Source: Arenicellales bacterium
GTDB lineage: Bacteria > Pseudomonadota > Gammaproteobacteria > Arenicellales > JAJDZL01
DNA: 64,000 nucleotides
NCBI GenBank assembly: GCA_965203865.1
Contig: OZ241916.1
Coordinates: 202,353 to 266,352 of the forward strand
Direction: 5' to 3'
The notes below the pieces were generated by a model. It had not been told where the DNA came from, did no database searches, and worked only from the letters and a program-made list of their open reading frames with translations. Shown here piece after piece: positions 46,220-58,659 of the stretch (positions are counted from its first letter, which is position 1; the number at the start of each line of letters is the position of its first letter). A program made the position numbers and the translations under genes.

Positions 46220-46879
46220 ATGATTTTTGGAATTGGACGAAAAACCGACATGCCGGCTCCTGAAGATTCTCTTCCGGGTAGAGAATCGCCGATTGCAACT
46301 TCTGTTCATCACTATGTGAATGGTAATCAATTGGCTCCGCCGTACCCAGAACAAACAGAACTTGCAATGTTTGCAGGTGGCTGCTTTTGGGGAGTAGAAA
46401 GAAAATTTTGGAAATTGGACGGGGTTCATGTAACCGCAGCGGGCTACTCTGCCGGCCACACGCCAAATCCGACCTATTCGGAACTTTGTACTGGCATGAC
46501 TGGCCACAACGAAGTCGTCAGAGTCGTATTCTTTCCTGGGAAAATCTCATATGAAGAACTGTTAACCATGTTCTGGGAATGTCACGACCCTACCCAAGGA
46601 ATGCGACAGGGAAACGATGTGGGAACTCAATACAGGTCTGGAATCTATACCTACGGGGATGCTCAGCATCAACTGGCATCAAAGTCAAAGCAAAACTATC
46701 AGTCGTCCTTGCGTGTAAGCGGGTTTGGCCCGGTCACAACTGAAATTCAACCGGCTTCTGAATTCTATTTTGCCGAACCTGAGCATCAGCAGTATCTTGC
46801 CAAGAACCCGAACGGCTACTGTGGACTGGGCGGCACGGGAGTTTGCTATGTCGATGGCGTAGGGTCAGCCGTCGCCTGA
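46220..46879 (+). CDS. msrA: peptide-methionine (S)-S-oxide reductase
   Basis: The GGCFWG active-site motif and downstream conserved GHNEVVRV. Confidence 0.9.
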   Translation: MIFGIGRKTDMPAPEDSLPGRESPIATSVHHYVNGNQLAPPYPEQTELAMFAGGCFWGVERKFWKLDGVHVTAAGYSAGHTPNPTYSELCTGMTGHNEVVRVVFFPGKISYEELLTMFWECHDPTQGMRQGNDVGTQYRSGIYTYGDAQHQLASKSKQNYQSSLRVSGFGPVTTEIQPASEFYFAEPEHQQYLAKNPNGYCGLGGTGVCYVDGVGSAVA

Positions 46880-46887
46880 ATCTTTTA

Positions 46888-48546
46888 TCACAGCGGACAC
46901 ACAATTTCTCCCAGTCTTTTTGTCAAGCGAATATTTTCATCATAGTCGACTGGCACAACTACAAGACTGGGGCCGCTTTCTGCAAACGCAGATTCCAGCA
47001 CTGGAACAAGATCGGTAGACCGTTCCACTTCGTGTCCATGCCAACCGAAAGCTTGCGCCAGCATTTTCCATTTCGGATTCCCGAAACTTAAGTCTGTATG
47101 CCTGCCAAACTGATTCGCTTGCTTCCACGCGATCAGTCCGTACGCATTGTCTTCCCAAACCATGACAACGATATTGGAGTTCAATCTGCGAGCGGTTTCC
47201 ATTTCCTGTACATTCATCATAAAACCTGCATCTCCGCAAATCGCCAGGATCTTCTGGTCCGGAAACACCAAATCGGCCGCGATTGCACCCGGCAACGCAA
47301 ATCCCATGGAGCAGAACCCATTCGGAATCAGGCAAGTATTCGGTTCGTGGCAATGGTAGTGACGCGCAATCCACATCTTGTGCGCACCCACATCTGATAA
47401 CAGAATGTCTTTCGGCCCCATTACTTTCCGCGTATCCCACAGAATTTTCTGCGGCTTGACAATTCCTTCTGTTTGATCGTTCTTGAATTCTTCAAAATCC
47501 GCTTTCATTTCACGACGGGTTGCTGCTTGCTGCTTCAGATCAAAATTCAGTTTCCCTGTTTTTTCAACACGAGAATTCAACATCCATAGCGTATGCGCCA
47601 AATCCCCGACAACTTCCAACTGGGGTCGATAGTGACTGTCAATTTCGGCAGGCAAAAAGTCAATGTGCAAGATATTCTTGTCTTGACCGGGGTTCCACAA
47701 GTGGGGATGATATTCAACCATGTCATATCCAAGGGTGATAATCAAATCGGAAGCATCCAGGGCACAGGCAACCAAATCTTTCGCACCTAGCCCAATTGTG
47801 TAGAGGCAGTAATCTGCTTCCATGTCAACGCAGCCCTTTGCCATGAATGTGCTGACCACTCCAACTCCGGTTTTTTCGCAGAATTTACGAAGCTGAATCG
47901 AAGCTCGCCTTCGGATGCAACCATTGCCGGCAAGAATGATTGGCCGTTTTGACCGTTGAATGTGTTTAAATGCCTGATCAATGATCTTGTCGTCGGGTAC
48001 TGCGCGTCTGAATCGCTTTACCCGAAGGGGTGGCGTGCTGGTTTTCATTTTTGCGATGTCTTCGGGCAATTCGACAAGTGTTGCCCCAGGTTTTTCAATC
48101 TTTGCGAGACGTACCGCCTTGCGTACAATTTCAGGAATACTGTCAGGATGCTGAATTTGCTGCGCCCACTTTGTAACAGGTCGGTACATGGCAACAACAT
48201 CCATGATTTGATGCGATTCCTTGTGAAGCCGAGTGGCGGCTCCTTGACCCGTCAGCACTAGCATGGGCGCACGGTCCATGTTTCCGTCTGCAACGCCGGT
48301 TATCAGATTTGTCGCACCCGGTCCCAATGTTCCCAAGCAACCCGCCACATGCCCTGTAAGTCGTCCATATGCCTCTGCCATAAATGCTGCACCTTGCTCG
48401 TGTCGACAAAGAATGAACCTGATTTTCTCGGAATCTTCCAGGGAAAGCATGAAGTGGGCGTTTTCCTCGCCCGGAACTCCGAAGATATACTCCACACCTT
48501 CTTCTTCCAGACACTTGACGAACAGGTCGGATGCTTTCACTGTCAA
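46888..48546 (-). CDS. acetolactate synthase-like thiamine-diphosphate enzyme (large subunit type)
   Basis: 552 aa. N-terminal VEYIFGVPGEEN, the ThDP motif GDAGFMMNVQEMETA ... N and a central FAD-like domain. Confidence 0.8.
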   Translation of the reverse strand: MTVKASDLFVKCLEEEGVEYIFGVPGEENAHFMLSLEDSEKIRFILCRHEQGAAFMAEAYGRLTGHVAGCLGTLGPGATNLITGVADGNMDRAPMLVLTGQGAATRLHKESHQIMDVVAMYRPVTKWAQQIQHPDSIPEIVRKAVRLAKIEKPGATLVELPEDIAKMKTSTPPLRVKRFRRAVPDDKIIDQAFKHIQRSKRPIILAGNGCIRRRASIQLRKFCEKTGVGVVSTFMAKGCVDMEADYCLYTIGLGAKDLVACALDASDLIITLGYDMVEYHPHLWNPGQDKNILHIDFLPAEIDSHYRPQLEVVGDLAHTLWMLNSRVEKTGKLNFDLKQQAATRREMKADFEEFKNDQTEGIVKPQKILWDTRKVMGPKDILLSDVGAHKMWIARHYHCHEPNTCLIPNGFCSMGFALPGAIAADLVFPDQKILAICGDAGFMMNVQEMETARRLNSNIVVMVWEDNAYGLIAWKQANQFGRHTDLSFGNPKWKMLAQAFGWHGHEVERSTDLVPVLESAFAESGPSLVVVPVDYDENIRLTKRLGEIVCPL

Positions 48547-48576
48547 TATCCCTGAATTTCAGCCCATCCCAAGAGA

Positions 48577-50127
48577 TCAGTGGATTGATTCCGATCTTGC
48601 TCGAGCAGGCAATGTGGCAAAAGTTGGTGGTTCGCACCCAGTATCACAGCATTGCCCCGGTTGGGATGCCGTCGCTTCAGATTCTTGATGAACACCGCGG
48701 TCAATCAGACGCTGTACAAGTTCTGACTTTTCTTCTACTGGATACTGTCGATAGATTTCACGCTTCATGGCTTCCGGCGAGCCACCGCCATGAACGCTAA
48801 TTACCGAGTACCATGCACCGGAGTGAGAAGCTGTTAAATCCTCCAGCAGTCTGGCAACTGATGCCCTTCTGCTCGGTGGTATGTCCGGACTCGCCGAAAT
48901 CAACGAGTCCAGCTTGCCCATTGTAGCGGGATTGTGGTCCTCCTCGGGGTGTGGGAGGGTAACAATTAATCCTCCGGATACTGTATTTGCAATTCTATGC
49001 ATGTCGAATATTGAATGAGCAAGCATCAGCTTGCCGATATTGGAGTAAACAGCGTCTGGCTCACAATTTCCGGCTTCGGTATACCTGCTGTAGACCGATG
49101 CAGAGACTCCGCACGAATAGAAGCCTTCAACTGTTTTAATCAACTCCACCATTGACTCCCGCAAGTGTGGTTCCGCTTCAATATTCAGGCCATTGGTTTC
49201 AATCATCATGGCCGATGCTCCAATGAGCAGGTCGCCGAATCCGGCCCTTGCACCGATACAGGTATGGCGATGGTGATTGGCGTAAGTTTTTGTGAGATGC
49301 CCGGAATGTTCCCATTCTCCACACATAAACACCCGGTCGTACGGCACAAATACATTTTCAAACACGCAAACTCCTGTGGACTGTCCGAAGCGGCTGCTGA
49401 ATTGCGCGCCAGGTTCACCGGGGCGCCCGGCAGGTCGGGCGATTATTGTGAGTCCTGCCGCATCAATTGGCACGAGACATGCTACAGCGAAATCCTTGTC
49501 TTCCCGTGTCATGGTGCGACCGGGCAGTACAAACAGTTCGTGGACATAGGGTGCTGCGGTTACGATGGCCTTCACGCCTGATATTTCGATTCCGTCAGGT
49601 CGTCGATTTACAATTTTTACATAACTGTCTTGCCGGGGCTGGGCACTCGGGCGTAAAGAACGGTCCCCTTTTGCATCAGTCATTGCAATTCCGACTGTCA
49701 AATCCTCGTCCTGGATCCTGTGCATCTGCTCAATGAGTCGTTGCTGGTACTCTGTCCCGAATTCGGAATCCAGGAGATGCGTTGACTGATACAGTGCATT
49801 GAGACCGTCCATTGTAAGATAGCGCATTGCACATCCGGTAATTTGGCAAACTGCACGAACATATTCAAGTTTTGCCAACAAGTCGTCGCTATTCTGATTT
49901 ATGTGTGCAAATCGGTTTACTGTTCTTCCGGAAGTGTGCTGTTTGGCCAGTGCGTAATTCCGATGATTTTGTTCCATTGCAAAGTCATATGTCATCGCGA
50001 TTGCATTGATACCGGGCTTCAATAACGGATGTTCGACTACACTGTCCACCCTCGCCCCTTGAACATAAATATTCGGGCTGTATTCACGCAACGACTCGCA
50101 ATAGTCCCCGGATGTCATCAAATTCAT
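48577..50127 (-). CDS. 4-hydroxyphenylacetate 3-hydroxylase / 4-hydroxybutyryl-CoA dehydratase (HpaB/AbfD) family protein
   Basis: Family-like length and segments (VVEHPLLKPGINA, CQITGCAMRY, HHRHTCIG). ATG 50127 is preceded by AGGAG. The C-terminal roughly 40 aa tail is atypical. Confidence 0.65.
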   Translation of the reverse strand: MNLMTSGDYCESLREYSPNIYVQGARVDSVVEHPLLKPGINAIAMTYDFAMEQNHRNYALAKQHTSGRTVNRFAHINQNSDDLLAKLEYVRAVCQITGCAMRYLTMDGLNALYQSTHLLDSEFGTEYQQRLIEQMHRIQDEDLTVGIAMTDAKGDRSLRPSAQPRQDSYVKIVNRRPDGIEISGVKAIVTAAPYVHELFVLPGRTMTREDKDFAVACLVPIDAAGLTIIARPAGRPGEPGAQFSSRFGQSTGVCVFENVFVPYDRVFMCGEWEHSGHLTKTYANHHRHTCIGARAGFGDLLIGASAMMIETNGLNIEAEPHLRESMVELIKTVEGFYSCGVSASVYSRYTEAGNCEPDAVYSNIGKLMLAHSIFDMHRIANTVSGGLIVTLPHPEEDHNPATMGKLDSLISASPDIPPSRRASVARLLEDLTASHSGAWYSVISVHGGGSPEAMKREIYRQYPVEEKSELVQRLIDRGVHQESEATASQPGQCCDTGCEPPTFATLPARARSESIH

Positions 50128-50207
50128 ACAAGATTCTCCTTCATTTCCACCGCAATTCTCTGCAAGCAATCAAGAACAAAAAAACAAATGATAAACGCAT
50201 CGCAGTT

Positions 50208-51668
50208 TCAAGATTGGTTGCTTATGCCAATACTATTCGCGCGGGTATTGAATTCTTTCGAACTCTTTTTAAAAATCATGCGCACTCTGAGTCCAGGGTG
50301 ATTGTCTTCCAATTTCAATTCTGCATCATGAACGCCCGCAACCGCAGAAACAAGACTCAGGCCAAGCCCGTTGCCCGGTGTCGACCGGCTATTCTCCATC
50401 CGGTATAGCCTTTGGAATACTTTTTCGTGTAATTCACACGGTATCCCCGGGCCGCTGTCCGTCACTGCAATTTCAATTCTGTCCTTCGATTCGGAAGTGG
50501 ATAGACAAATCTTTCCCTGATCGGGTGTGTACTTGATCGAATTGTCGATCAAGTTTACCAGTGCCTGAAATACAAGATCTCGGTCAGCTAACAGATTTAT
50601 GTTTGAGTCAATTGATTCAGTCTTGATCGAGATGGATTTTTCTTCAGCAACCGGCCCGTAGAGCTCGACCACATCGTCAATAAGCCTTCCGAGTTCAAAG
50701 TTGGAAAATAAATGAGCGGCGCTCTTTGTTTCAATACTTGCAATTCTCAAAAGCGCAGAACAAGTCGAAAGAAGCGAATCGGCTTCGTAAATAGATTGCT
50801 CAATCATATTCTGATAATCTGTTCCTCGCTTGTTTGGATTTCGGCTGTATTCAAGCGCCAGTTCCAATTGATGCTTCAACCGCGTCAAGGGTGTTCTTAA
50901 GTCATGTGCGATATTGTCCGAAACCTGTTTTATGTCGTACATTAACGATTCTACTCGCTCAAGCATTGCATTGAAATTCAGGCACAGCTTGTCAAATCCG
51001 TCGCCGCTTTGGTCAGAATGAATACGCTGTGTCAAGTCCCCCGCCATTACTATTCTGCAAGTAGAGTTGATTGTCTCAAGTCGTCGGGCAACAATCTTGC
51101 TACACAGGAGAGCTCCGATAATTGCGAGTATGATTGTTATTCCAGCACTCCACAAGAGAATTGCAAAATACTTGTCTTTCAGATTTTCAAGAAACTGGAT
51201 ATCACGCCCCACCAGAAGCAGAAATCTGTCTCCAATAGGTACAATAAAAGCGCGAATTAGGTGAGTTTCATCTTTGTTTGGTCCGAATCCCCTGAGTAGA
51301 AATTCATCCCGCCCTCTTGAACCGATTATTTTGAGCGGCATTCTTTCTATATTGCCGGCAATTCGTTCCCCGTCTAATTTGGCGAACAGATAAATGGACG
51401 GGTCACTCGGCATTCTATAGTTGGTGCGATCTATAACAGCTTGGCCCAAGTTTGCAAAAGGCATAATTTGCCAAGGATTCGAGCTGAATTTCAGCAAGCC
51501 GGACAGATCCTCTTTAATTACATCGTCAACTTGCTTATTCATGGACTGAAATGACAGCCAGTAGATAAAAACCATGAGTCCAATTGTAGAAATTCCGAAT
51601 AGCGTAGCGTAAACTGTCGCTAGTAGAAATGTTGAACTTTTCAGGCGTCTGTTTAAGGACTTCAGCAT
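50208..51668 (-). CDS. sensor histidine kinase (HAMP-HisKA-HATPase)
   Basis: H-box AHDLRTPLT, N-box DNSIKYTP and G-box GNGLGLSLV, with two TM segments at the N-terminus. Confidence 0.9.
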   Translation of the reverse strand: MLKSLNRRLKSSTFLLATVYATLFGISTIGLMVFIYWLSFQSMNKQVDDVIKEDLSGLLKFSSNPWQIMPFANLGQAVIDRTNYRMPSDPSIYLFAKLDGERIAGNIERMPLKIIGSRGRDEFLLRGFGPNKDETHLIRAFIVPIGDRFLLLVGRDIQFLENLKDKYFAILLWSAGITIILAIIGALLCSKIVARRLETINSTCRIVMAGDLTQRIHSDQSGDGFDKLCLNFNAMLERVESLMYDIKQVSDNIAHDLRTPLTRLKHQLELALEYSRNPNKRGTDYQNMIEQSIYEADSLLSTCSALLRIASIETKSAAHLFSNFELGRLIDDVVELYGPVAEEKSISIKTESIDSNINLLADRDLVFQALVNLIDNSIKYTPDQGKICLSTSESKDRIEIAVTDSGPGIPCELHEKVFQRLYRMENSRSTPGNGLGLSLVSAVAGVHDAELKLEDNHPGLRVRMIFKKSSKEFNTRANSIGISNQS

Positions 51669-51711
51669 TGACAGTACAGATGTAGAAGGATGCGTGTTCC
51701 TAGTCTTTTTG

Positions 51712-52407
51712 CTAGGCCTCCCTGCACTTGTCGGACTTCATTGTCATCATGTACCCTGAACCGCGTACGGTGTGAATCAGCGAGCAGTCAAATTCTTTGT
51801 CAACCTTTGCCCTGAGGCGCGAAATGTGTACATCAATAATACTGGTTTGCGGGTCAAAGTTGTAATCCCAGACTTTTTCCAACAGCATGGTTCGAGTAAC
51901 AATTTGACCACTGGACCTCATTAGCACTTCGAGAATACGAAATTCTGTTGGCAGAACGTCTATGTTTTGCCCCGCGCGCTTGACCTCTCGCGTCAGCAGA
52001 TTCAGTGTCAAATCGTGAACAGTGAGTTGCGTAACTGTTGCTGGAGCATCGACACGCCGCACAATTGCTTCAAGTCGAGCAAGCAACTCGGAAAAAGCAA
52101 AGGGCTTGGCAAGGTAGTCGTCGCCCCCAACTTTCAGTCCCTCGACCCGGTTTTCAAGATTGCCCAAGGCACTTAGAACCAGAACCGGTGTATTGATTTT
52201 TTTTGAACGCAGTTTTTGTACAATCTCCAGCCCTTCCACTTCGGGAAGCATCCGGTCGACTATAAGTGCATCGAATTCTTCCGTACTGGCCCGATGAAGT
52301 CCGTCAAGTCCTTTATCAGCCACTTCTGCTCTATGGCCAGACTCCGCCAATCCTTTTGCAATGTATGACGATACGCTACTATCGTCTTCAATTACTAAAA
52401 TTCTCAT
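51712..52407 (-). CDS. OmpR/PhoB-family response regulator
   Basis: MRILVIEDD receiver start and a winged-helix C-terminus (IHTVRGSGYMM). Confidence 0.9.
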   Translation of the reverse strand: MRILVIEDDSSVSSYIAKGLAESGHRAEVADKGLDGLHRASTEEFDALIVDRMLPEVEGLEIVQKLRSKKINTPVLVLSALGNLENRVEGLKVGGDDYLAKPFAFSELLARLEAIVRRVDAPATVTQLTVHDLTLNLLTREVKRAGQNIDVLPTEFRILEVLMRSSGQIVTRTMLLEKVWDYNFDPQTSIIDVHISRLRAKVDKEFDCSLIHTVRGSGYMMTMKSDKCREA

Positions 52408-52652
52408 ATGGCAATCTTCAATTTGGGTTTCAACCTTGACACAAAAAACTTGATCCTGTGCAATTATTGCTAACTGTACCAAACCTGCAATTATTCTCAT
52501 TCATGTTCAATCATAAAACATTGTAAAGCAAAATTCAGTGGTTTGAATGTGAAATTACCTGTATACCTCCAAAAAAACCGCCGGAAAACACTGTTGAATA
52601 TATTTCCCGGCGGAAACTCTGTACCAGAAAAAGAGAGGATAATAACTATTAA

Positions 52653-53895
52653 TGGGAATTATATACATTGATAACCAGACCACTGTATACTGTTCTGCGC
52701 AGTGGGCATTCTAATGAATGCTTTAAGTCTTCCTTCTTCCTGCGCTTCGGGCCTCCCGCCCAAAGTGCCGTTCAACCCGACACGAAGAACATTTATAGCA
52801 GCGTTTACATCCCTGTCTTCAGCATAGCCACAAGCTTTGCAAAGATAAGTCCTATCGCTTAGTTTTATCTTTGTATCCGGCTTGTTTCCACAGTTGGAGC
52901 AGACCTGGGATGTAAACCTGGGATTGACTTTAGATACGAAGCCACCGGCACTCTCAGCCTTGTAGCTTAGCATCTCATTAAAGTCTCCCCAGGTCTGGTC
53001 AAGTATTGACCTGTTTAATCCTGTTTTACAGCTACCGCCAGTAGCTGTCATATTCTTAACTTTCAAGTCTTCCACGTAAAACTTGGAAGTGCAGTCTTTC
53101 ACTAAACTTGCAGTCAGCTCGTGCAAGTAGCCTTTGTTTCTTTCCCTTGCCCTCTGCCACTCTTTATTCAAAGACAGAATCTTCTTTTTTCTGCTGTTTG
53201 AACCCTTTACAGACTTGGAAACTTTATTCTGTAAAGTTCTTAGTTTGGTTCTGTCTACATTCCTTTTAGGAATTTGCACTCCATTGGACAAGGAAATCCT
53301 GTTTAAGACTCCAGCATCCACTCCTACAGGAGCTCTTGCATCCTCTACTTGTACATCCGGAAGCTGACAAACCAGTTGTAGCTTAACTCTAATTGGAGTC
53401 TTTACTATCCTAAGTATCTTGGCTTCTCCCTTTAGTTTTCCTTTATACCTGAACTTTCCAATTCCTTTTACCCGAATACAGTTCCAGGAAACTGCCTTTT
53501 TTATCTTAAAGTCGCTTGTCTCAAAAGACTTGACTCCCCTGTTCCTCGACTTGAACCTTGGAAATCCTGGCTTCTCCCCTTTCTTTACTCTATCAAAAAA
53601 CCGCTTGAACGCCTTGTCCAGCCTTCTTAAGCAGGTTCTTTGGGACGAACAATGAAACTTCTCAAACCACTCGTCTTCTTGCCTTATTGTTGTTAAGGAC
53701 TTTTGCTGGTCAAGATAGGAAATTCCTATATTCTGCTTCTTGTAGGCATCTATTCTTTCCTGCAAGGCACAGTTCCACAATAGTGTTTCCTGATTCAGAA
53801 ACTCTTCCAAGTTTCTATGACACCCTTTGGAAATCTTTGCAGTGTATGTATAAGTTCTAATCATGGCAATTGGTTATCATTGTATATAATGTCCC
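52653..53895 (-). mobile_element. stand-alone TnpB element, copy 2
   Basis: Same terminal inverted repeats and same ORF-to-end geometry as copy 1. Confidence 0.7.
52659..53864 (-). CDS. tnpB: RNA-guided endonuclease TnpB (second copy)
   Basis: 401 aa, roughly 85 percent identical by eye to 36798-38003. VGVDAGV, FYVEDL, CSNCGN ... CKACGY and DRDVNAAINV are intact. Confidence 0.9.
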   Translation of the reverse strand: MIRTYTYTAKISKGCHRNLEEFLNQETLLWNCALQERIDAYKKQNIGISYLDQQKSLTTIRQEDEWFEKFHCSSQRTCLRRLDKAFKRFFDRVKKGEKPGFPRFKSRNRGVKSFETSDFKIKKAVSWNCIRVKGIGKFRYKGKLKGEAKILRIVKTPIRVKLQLVCQLPDVQVEDARAPVGVDAGVLNRISLSNGVQIPKRNVDRTKLRTLQNKVSKSVKGSNSRKKKILSLNKEWQRARERNKGYLHELTASLVKDCTSKFYVEDLKVKNMTATGGSCKTGLNRSILDQTWGDFNEMLSYKAESAGGFVSKVNPRFTSQVCSNCGNKPDTKIKLSDRTYLCKACGYAEDRDVNAAINVLRVGLNGTLGGRPEAQEEGRLKAFIRMPTAQNSIQWSGYQCI

Positions 53896-53902
53896 CTATT
53901 AA

Positions 53903-55417
53903 TCAGGAAACCGCAACAGTCATAAATCGACTGCCGCCTTCCCGCTCAATCAGCATCAGAATATTTTTCTTGCCGCTGTTCGCAGCACTGCTGATTCTGT
54001 CTTGAGCATCTTTCACGGAGTCCACAGCATTGCGATTGACACTTTTGATAATATCGCCAGGTCTGATTCCGGATTCCGCTGCAGGACTGCCGGGCTCGAC
54101 TTCCAATACAATTACACCTTCTGTATCTTGGTCGATGCCGTACCTTTCGCGATTCGCATCATTCAGCTCGGCAAGCTTGAAACCCATGGTGTCCGCTTCA
54201 TCAGGCTTCTTGTTCATACTGGACATTTGAGTTTCATCTCCGTTTGTTTCCATCGAACTGACTTTTACTGTAACAGGAATCACTTTGCCATCGCGCCAGA
54301 CTTCAACCTTTACTTCCGTTCCGGGCTTCGTGGCTCTGACGACTTGAGGAAGCTCCGGCACCCGTTCTATCTTCTGATTGTCGTACGAAACGATAATATC
54401 GCCCACCTGCAATCCGGAACTGGAGGCAGGACTGTTTTCGATAACCTGGGCAATCAGGGCGCCTTTTGGATCTTCAATCTGCATGACTTCAGCAATTTCA
54501 GGCGTTATCGGCTGAATTGCAACTCCAAGCCAGCCTCGTTTTACTTGGCCATCTTCAATCAAGGTGTCCGATATTTCCCGAGTCAGCGCCGACGGGATTG
54601 CAAACGCAACGCCGGCATTCAACCCGGTTCGGGAGAATATCATTGTATTGACACCGATGACTTCGCCTTGAAGATTGAATAGCGGACCTCCTGAATTGCC
54701 TTTGTTTACAGCCGCATCGATTTGTATCAATTCAATGCCGGACTCTCTGGATACAACGCGTTCCTTGCCTGAAATGACGCCCACTGAAACCGAATGTGTC
54801 AAACCAAACGGGGTGCCAACTGCAATAACCCAGTCGCCAACTCTTGAATTCTTTGAATCTCCGAATTTGGCGTAATGCAGCGGTTCGTCTGCATCGATCT
54901 TCAAAACTGCCAAATCAGTCAACCGGTCAATACCGACTACTTCGGCAATATATTCTTCACCGTCATCCAGAGTTACTTCAATTTGCTCGGCTTCATCAAC
55001 TACATGAGCATTTGTTACAATGTATCCATCTGGATGAATAACAAAGCCTGACCCAGCACCCATCATGGGCGGGGAAAATTCTCTGGGCTGTTCGCCTTGG
55101 CCGCGATTCCAATCGAAAAACTTTTCCATGTCGGGAAATGGTTCAAAGAATTTCTTGAATCTTTCATCGAAACCACCGTAATAGTCGACTTCCTGCTGAA
55201 CCTTGGAGACGGTAATCATTACGACGGTCGGTGTGATTTCTTCCACTACGTCGGCGAAACCGTTCTGCACTCCAGCAATGCCGCTACTATTCGCATTGGA
55301 ATCTGCCATTACAAATTCACCAGGTCGCAGTGCAATGACTGCCAAGGCCACCGCAAATACAACCAGGAGCGAAGTTGCGATCGATATGTTTTTGAATTTG
55401 TTGGTCTGTAAAATCAT
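53903..55417 (-). CDS. periplasmic serine endoprotease DegP/DegQ (HtrA family)
   Basis: Trypsin-like catalytic GNSGGPL, His/Asp context (TNAHVV, DLAVLKI) and two PDZ domains. Confidence 0.9.
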   Translation of the reverse strand: MILQTNKFKNISIATSLLVVFAVALAVIALRPGEFVMADSNANSSGIAGVQNGFADVVEEITPTVVMITVSKVQQEVDYYGGFDERFKKFFEPFPDMEKFFDWNRGQGEQPREFSPPMMGAGSGFVIHPDGYIVTNAHVVDEAEQIEVTLDDGEEYIAEVVGIDRLTDLAVLKIDADEPLHYAKFGDSKNSRVGDWVIAVGTPFGLTHSVSVGVISGKERVVSRESGIELIQIDAAVNKGNSGGPLFNLQGEVIGVNTMIFSRTGLNAGVAFAIPSALTREISDTLIEDGQVKRGWLGVAIQPITPEIAEVMQIEDPKGALIAQVIENSPASSSGLQVGDIIVSYDNQKIERVPELPQVVRATKPGTEVKVEVWRDGKVIPVTVKVSSMETNGDETQMSSMNKKPDEADTMGFKLAELNDANRERYGIDQDTEGVIVLEVEPGSPAAESGIRPGDIIKSVNRNAVDSVKDAQDRISSAANSGKKNILMLIEREGGSRFMTVAVS

Positions 55418-55557
55418 TTTATTTGCCCTCTAAATCTCACTTGGATTTAAATTAAAACTCAATTCAATTATGGATATTATGGTGTAACCATATTAAATAG
55501 AGTTTGCCACAAGATTAAATTTTTTCAATGTTTCATGCATTTGATATTCCGTGAAAA

Positions 55558-57368
<1,811 letters not shown>

Positions 57369-57386
57369 TCGCTCGACTTTCCCTGT

Positions 57387-58082
57387 TTAGCCAGAATTTT
57401 CAATTTGCTTTAGAAACGGAATGGTTACGCGGCGGTGCTGCTCCAAAGTAGTGCTGTCAATCCGGTCCAGCAAGTTTAGCAATGTGTGCATATCTCTTGC
57501 ATATCTCTTCAAGGCGAAACGCGCCACCGGTTCGTCGATTTGAATACCGCGCCGCGAAGCGCGCTTCATTAGTATTTTGATCTTGTCATCATCGGAAACG
57601 CTACTGAGTTTGAAAATTTCCCTTGAATACAGTCTGCTCATCAGGTCTGGCAAATGAAATTCAATGGATTGGGGCGGCGCATTGGCAGTGAGTATTAATC
57701 TGGTATTTTGGACTTGGGTGATTTCAAACAATGCCATAATTTGCTTTTCCCAGGCCATGCTACCAGCTACGCGATGCACATCGTCAATACAGATTAAGGT
57801 AGTAGCATCCAGTTCGTCCAGGAACTGGGGTTCCAAGTCTGGACTACCCAAAGGGATGTAGTAACTATTTTCGACGTGCTTGCATGCAGAATAGAGCAAA
57901 TGCGTTTTCCCAACTCCTCTGGGCCCCCATATATAGGCTACTTTGCCGATTGACTCGCCATCCAGCATCCGGCGAATGAACTTTACAACATGATGGTTGT
58001 TCGACGAAAGGTAATTGTCGAATGTTGCATTATCAGTAATAACGACGGGCAGGATTCCTTGCCTGTTCATCGCTTTTCCCAT
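57387..58082 (-). CDS. hda: DnaA regulatory inactivator Hda
   Basis: AAA+ Walker A GPRGVGKTHLL and DnaA-like domain III length. The start is ambiguous (58082 or 58070). Confidence 0.8.
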   Translation of the reverse strand: MGKAMNRQGILPVVITDNATFDNYLSSNNHHVVKFIRRMLDGESIGKVAYIWGPRGVGKTHLLYSACKHVENSYYIPLGSPDLEPQFLDELDATTLICIDDVHRVAGSMAWEKQIMALFEITQVQNTRLILTANAPPQSIEFHLPDLMSRLYSREIFKLSSVSDDDKIKILMKRASRRGIQIDEPVARFALKRYARDMHTLLNLLDRIDSTTLEQHRRVTIPFLKQIENSG

Positions 58083-58089
58083 TCTTCGT

Positions 58090-58659
58090 TTAAGCAGATT
58101 TTTCTGGAGACTCTTTCGAGCTTGGCTTAATTGCCCAAACCCAGACATACTGTGCACCGCTTGCAATGGTTGTGATCACGACTGCATACAGAAGCACAAC
58201 ACTGGATCCGGGAATAAAGTTCCAGACCGAATTTTCCAATAACACAGATATCACAAGCGAAATCTGAAAAACAGTATTCAACTTGCTCATAATTGTGGGA
58301 AGCATTGGAATGTCTCCATCCAGATACATCAGCACCATGTAGCCTCCTACGATGATGATATCCCTGAATATGACAAGAGTAACTAGCCAAAATGGGATTA
58401 ATCCCAGCCAAACAAGCATGCAGTATGCTGAAATTATGATAATTTTGTCTGCCAGCGGATCCAGGTGAGCCCCTAGCTCGGATACAAAGTTGAACCGTTT
58501 TGCGATATACCCGTCAAGGCCATCTGTAATTCCTGCAAGTATGAATACAATCAATGCCAGTTCATAATTGTTGTCGCGTAACAGCAATATCAGTACTGGT
58601 GCCGCCAAGATTCGCAACAGGGTGAGCAGGTTTGGAATTTGGGATGCTATCGCGTACAT
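58090..58659 (-). CDS. pgsA: CDP-alcohol phosphatidyltransferase (PgsA-like)
   Basis: DGLDGYIAKRFNFVSELGAHLDPLADK is the CDP-alcohol phosphatidyltransferase signature. Confidence 0.8.
   Translation of the reverse strand: MYAIASQIPNLLTLLRILAAPVLILLLRDNNYELALIVFILAGITDGLDGYIAKRFNFVSELGAHLDPLADKIIIISAYCMLVWLGLIPFWLVTLVIFRDIIIVGGYMVLMYLDGDIPMLPTIMSKLNTVFQISLVISVLLENSVWNFIPGSSVVLLYAVVITTIASGAQYVWVWAIKPSSKESPEKSA

Noticed and set aside
54002-54682. A 226-aa plus-strand ORF.
   Set aside because: It is antisense to the HtrA/DegP gene, which has unambiguous catalytic and PDZ motifs.
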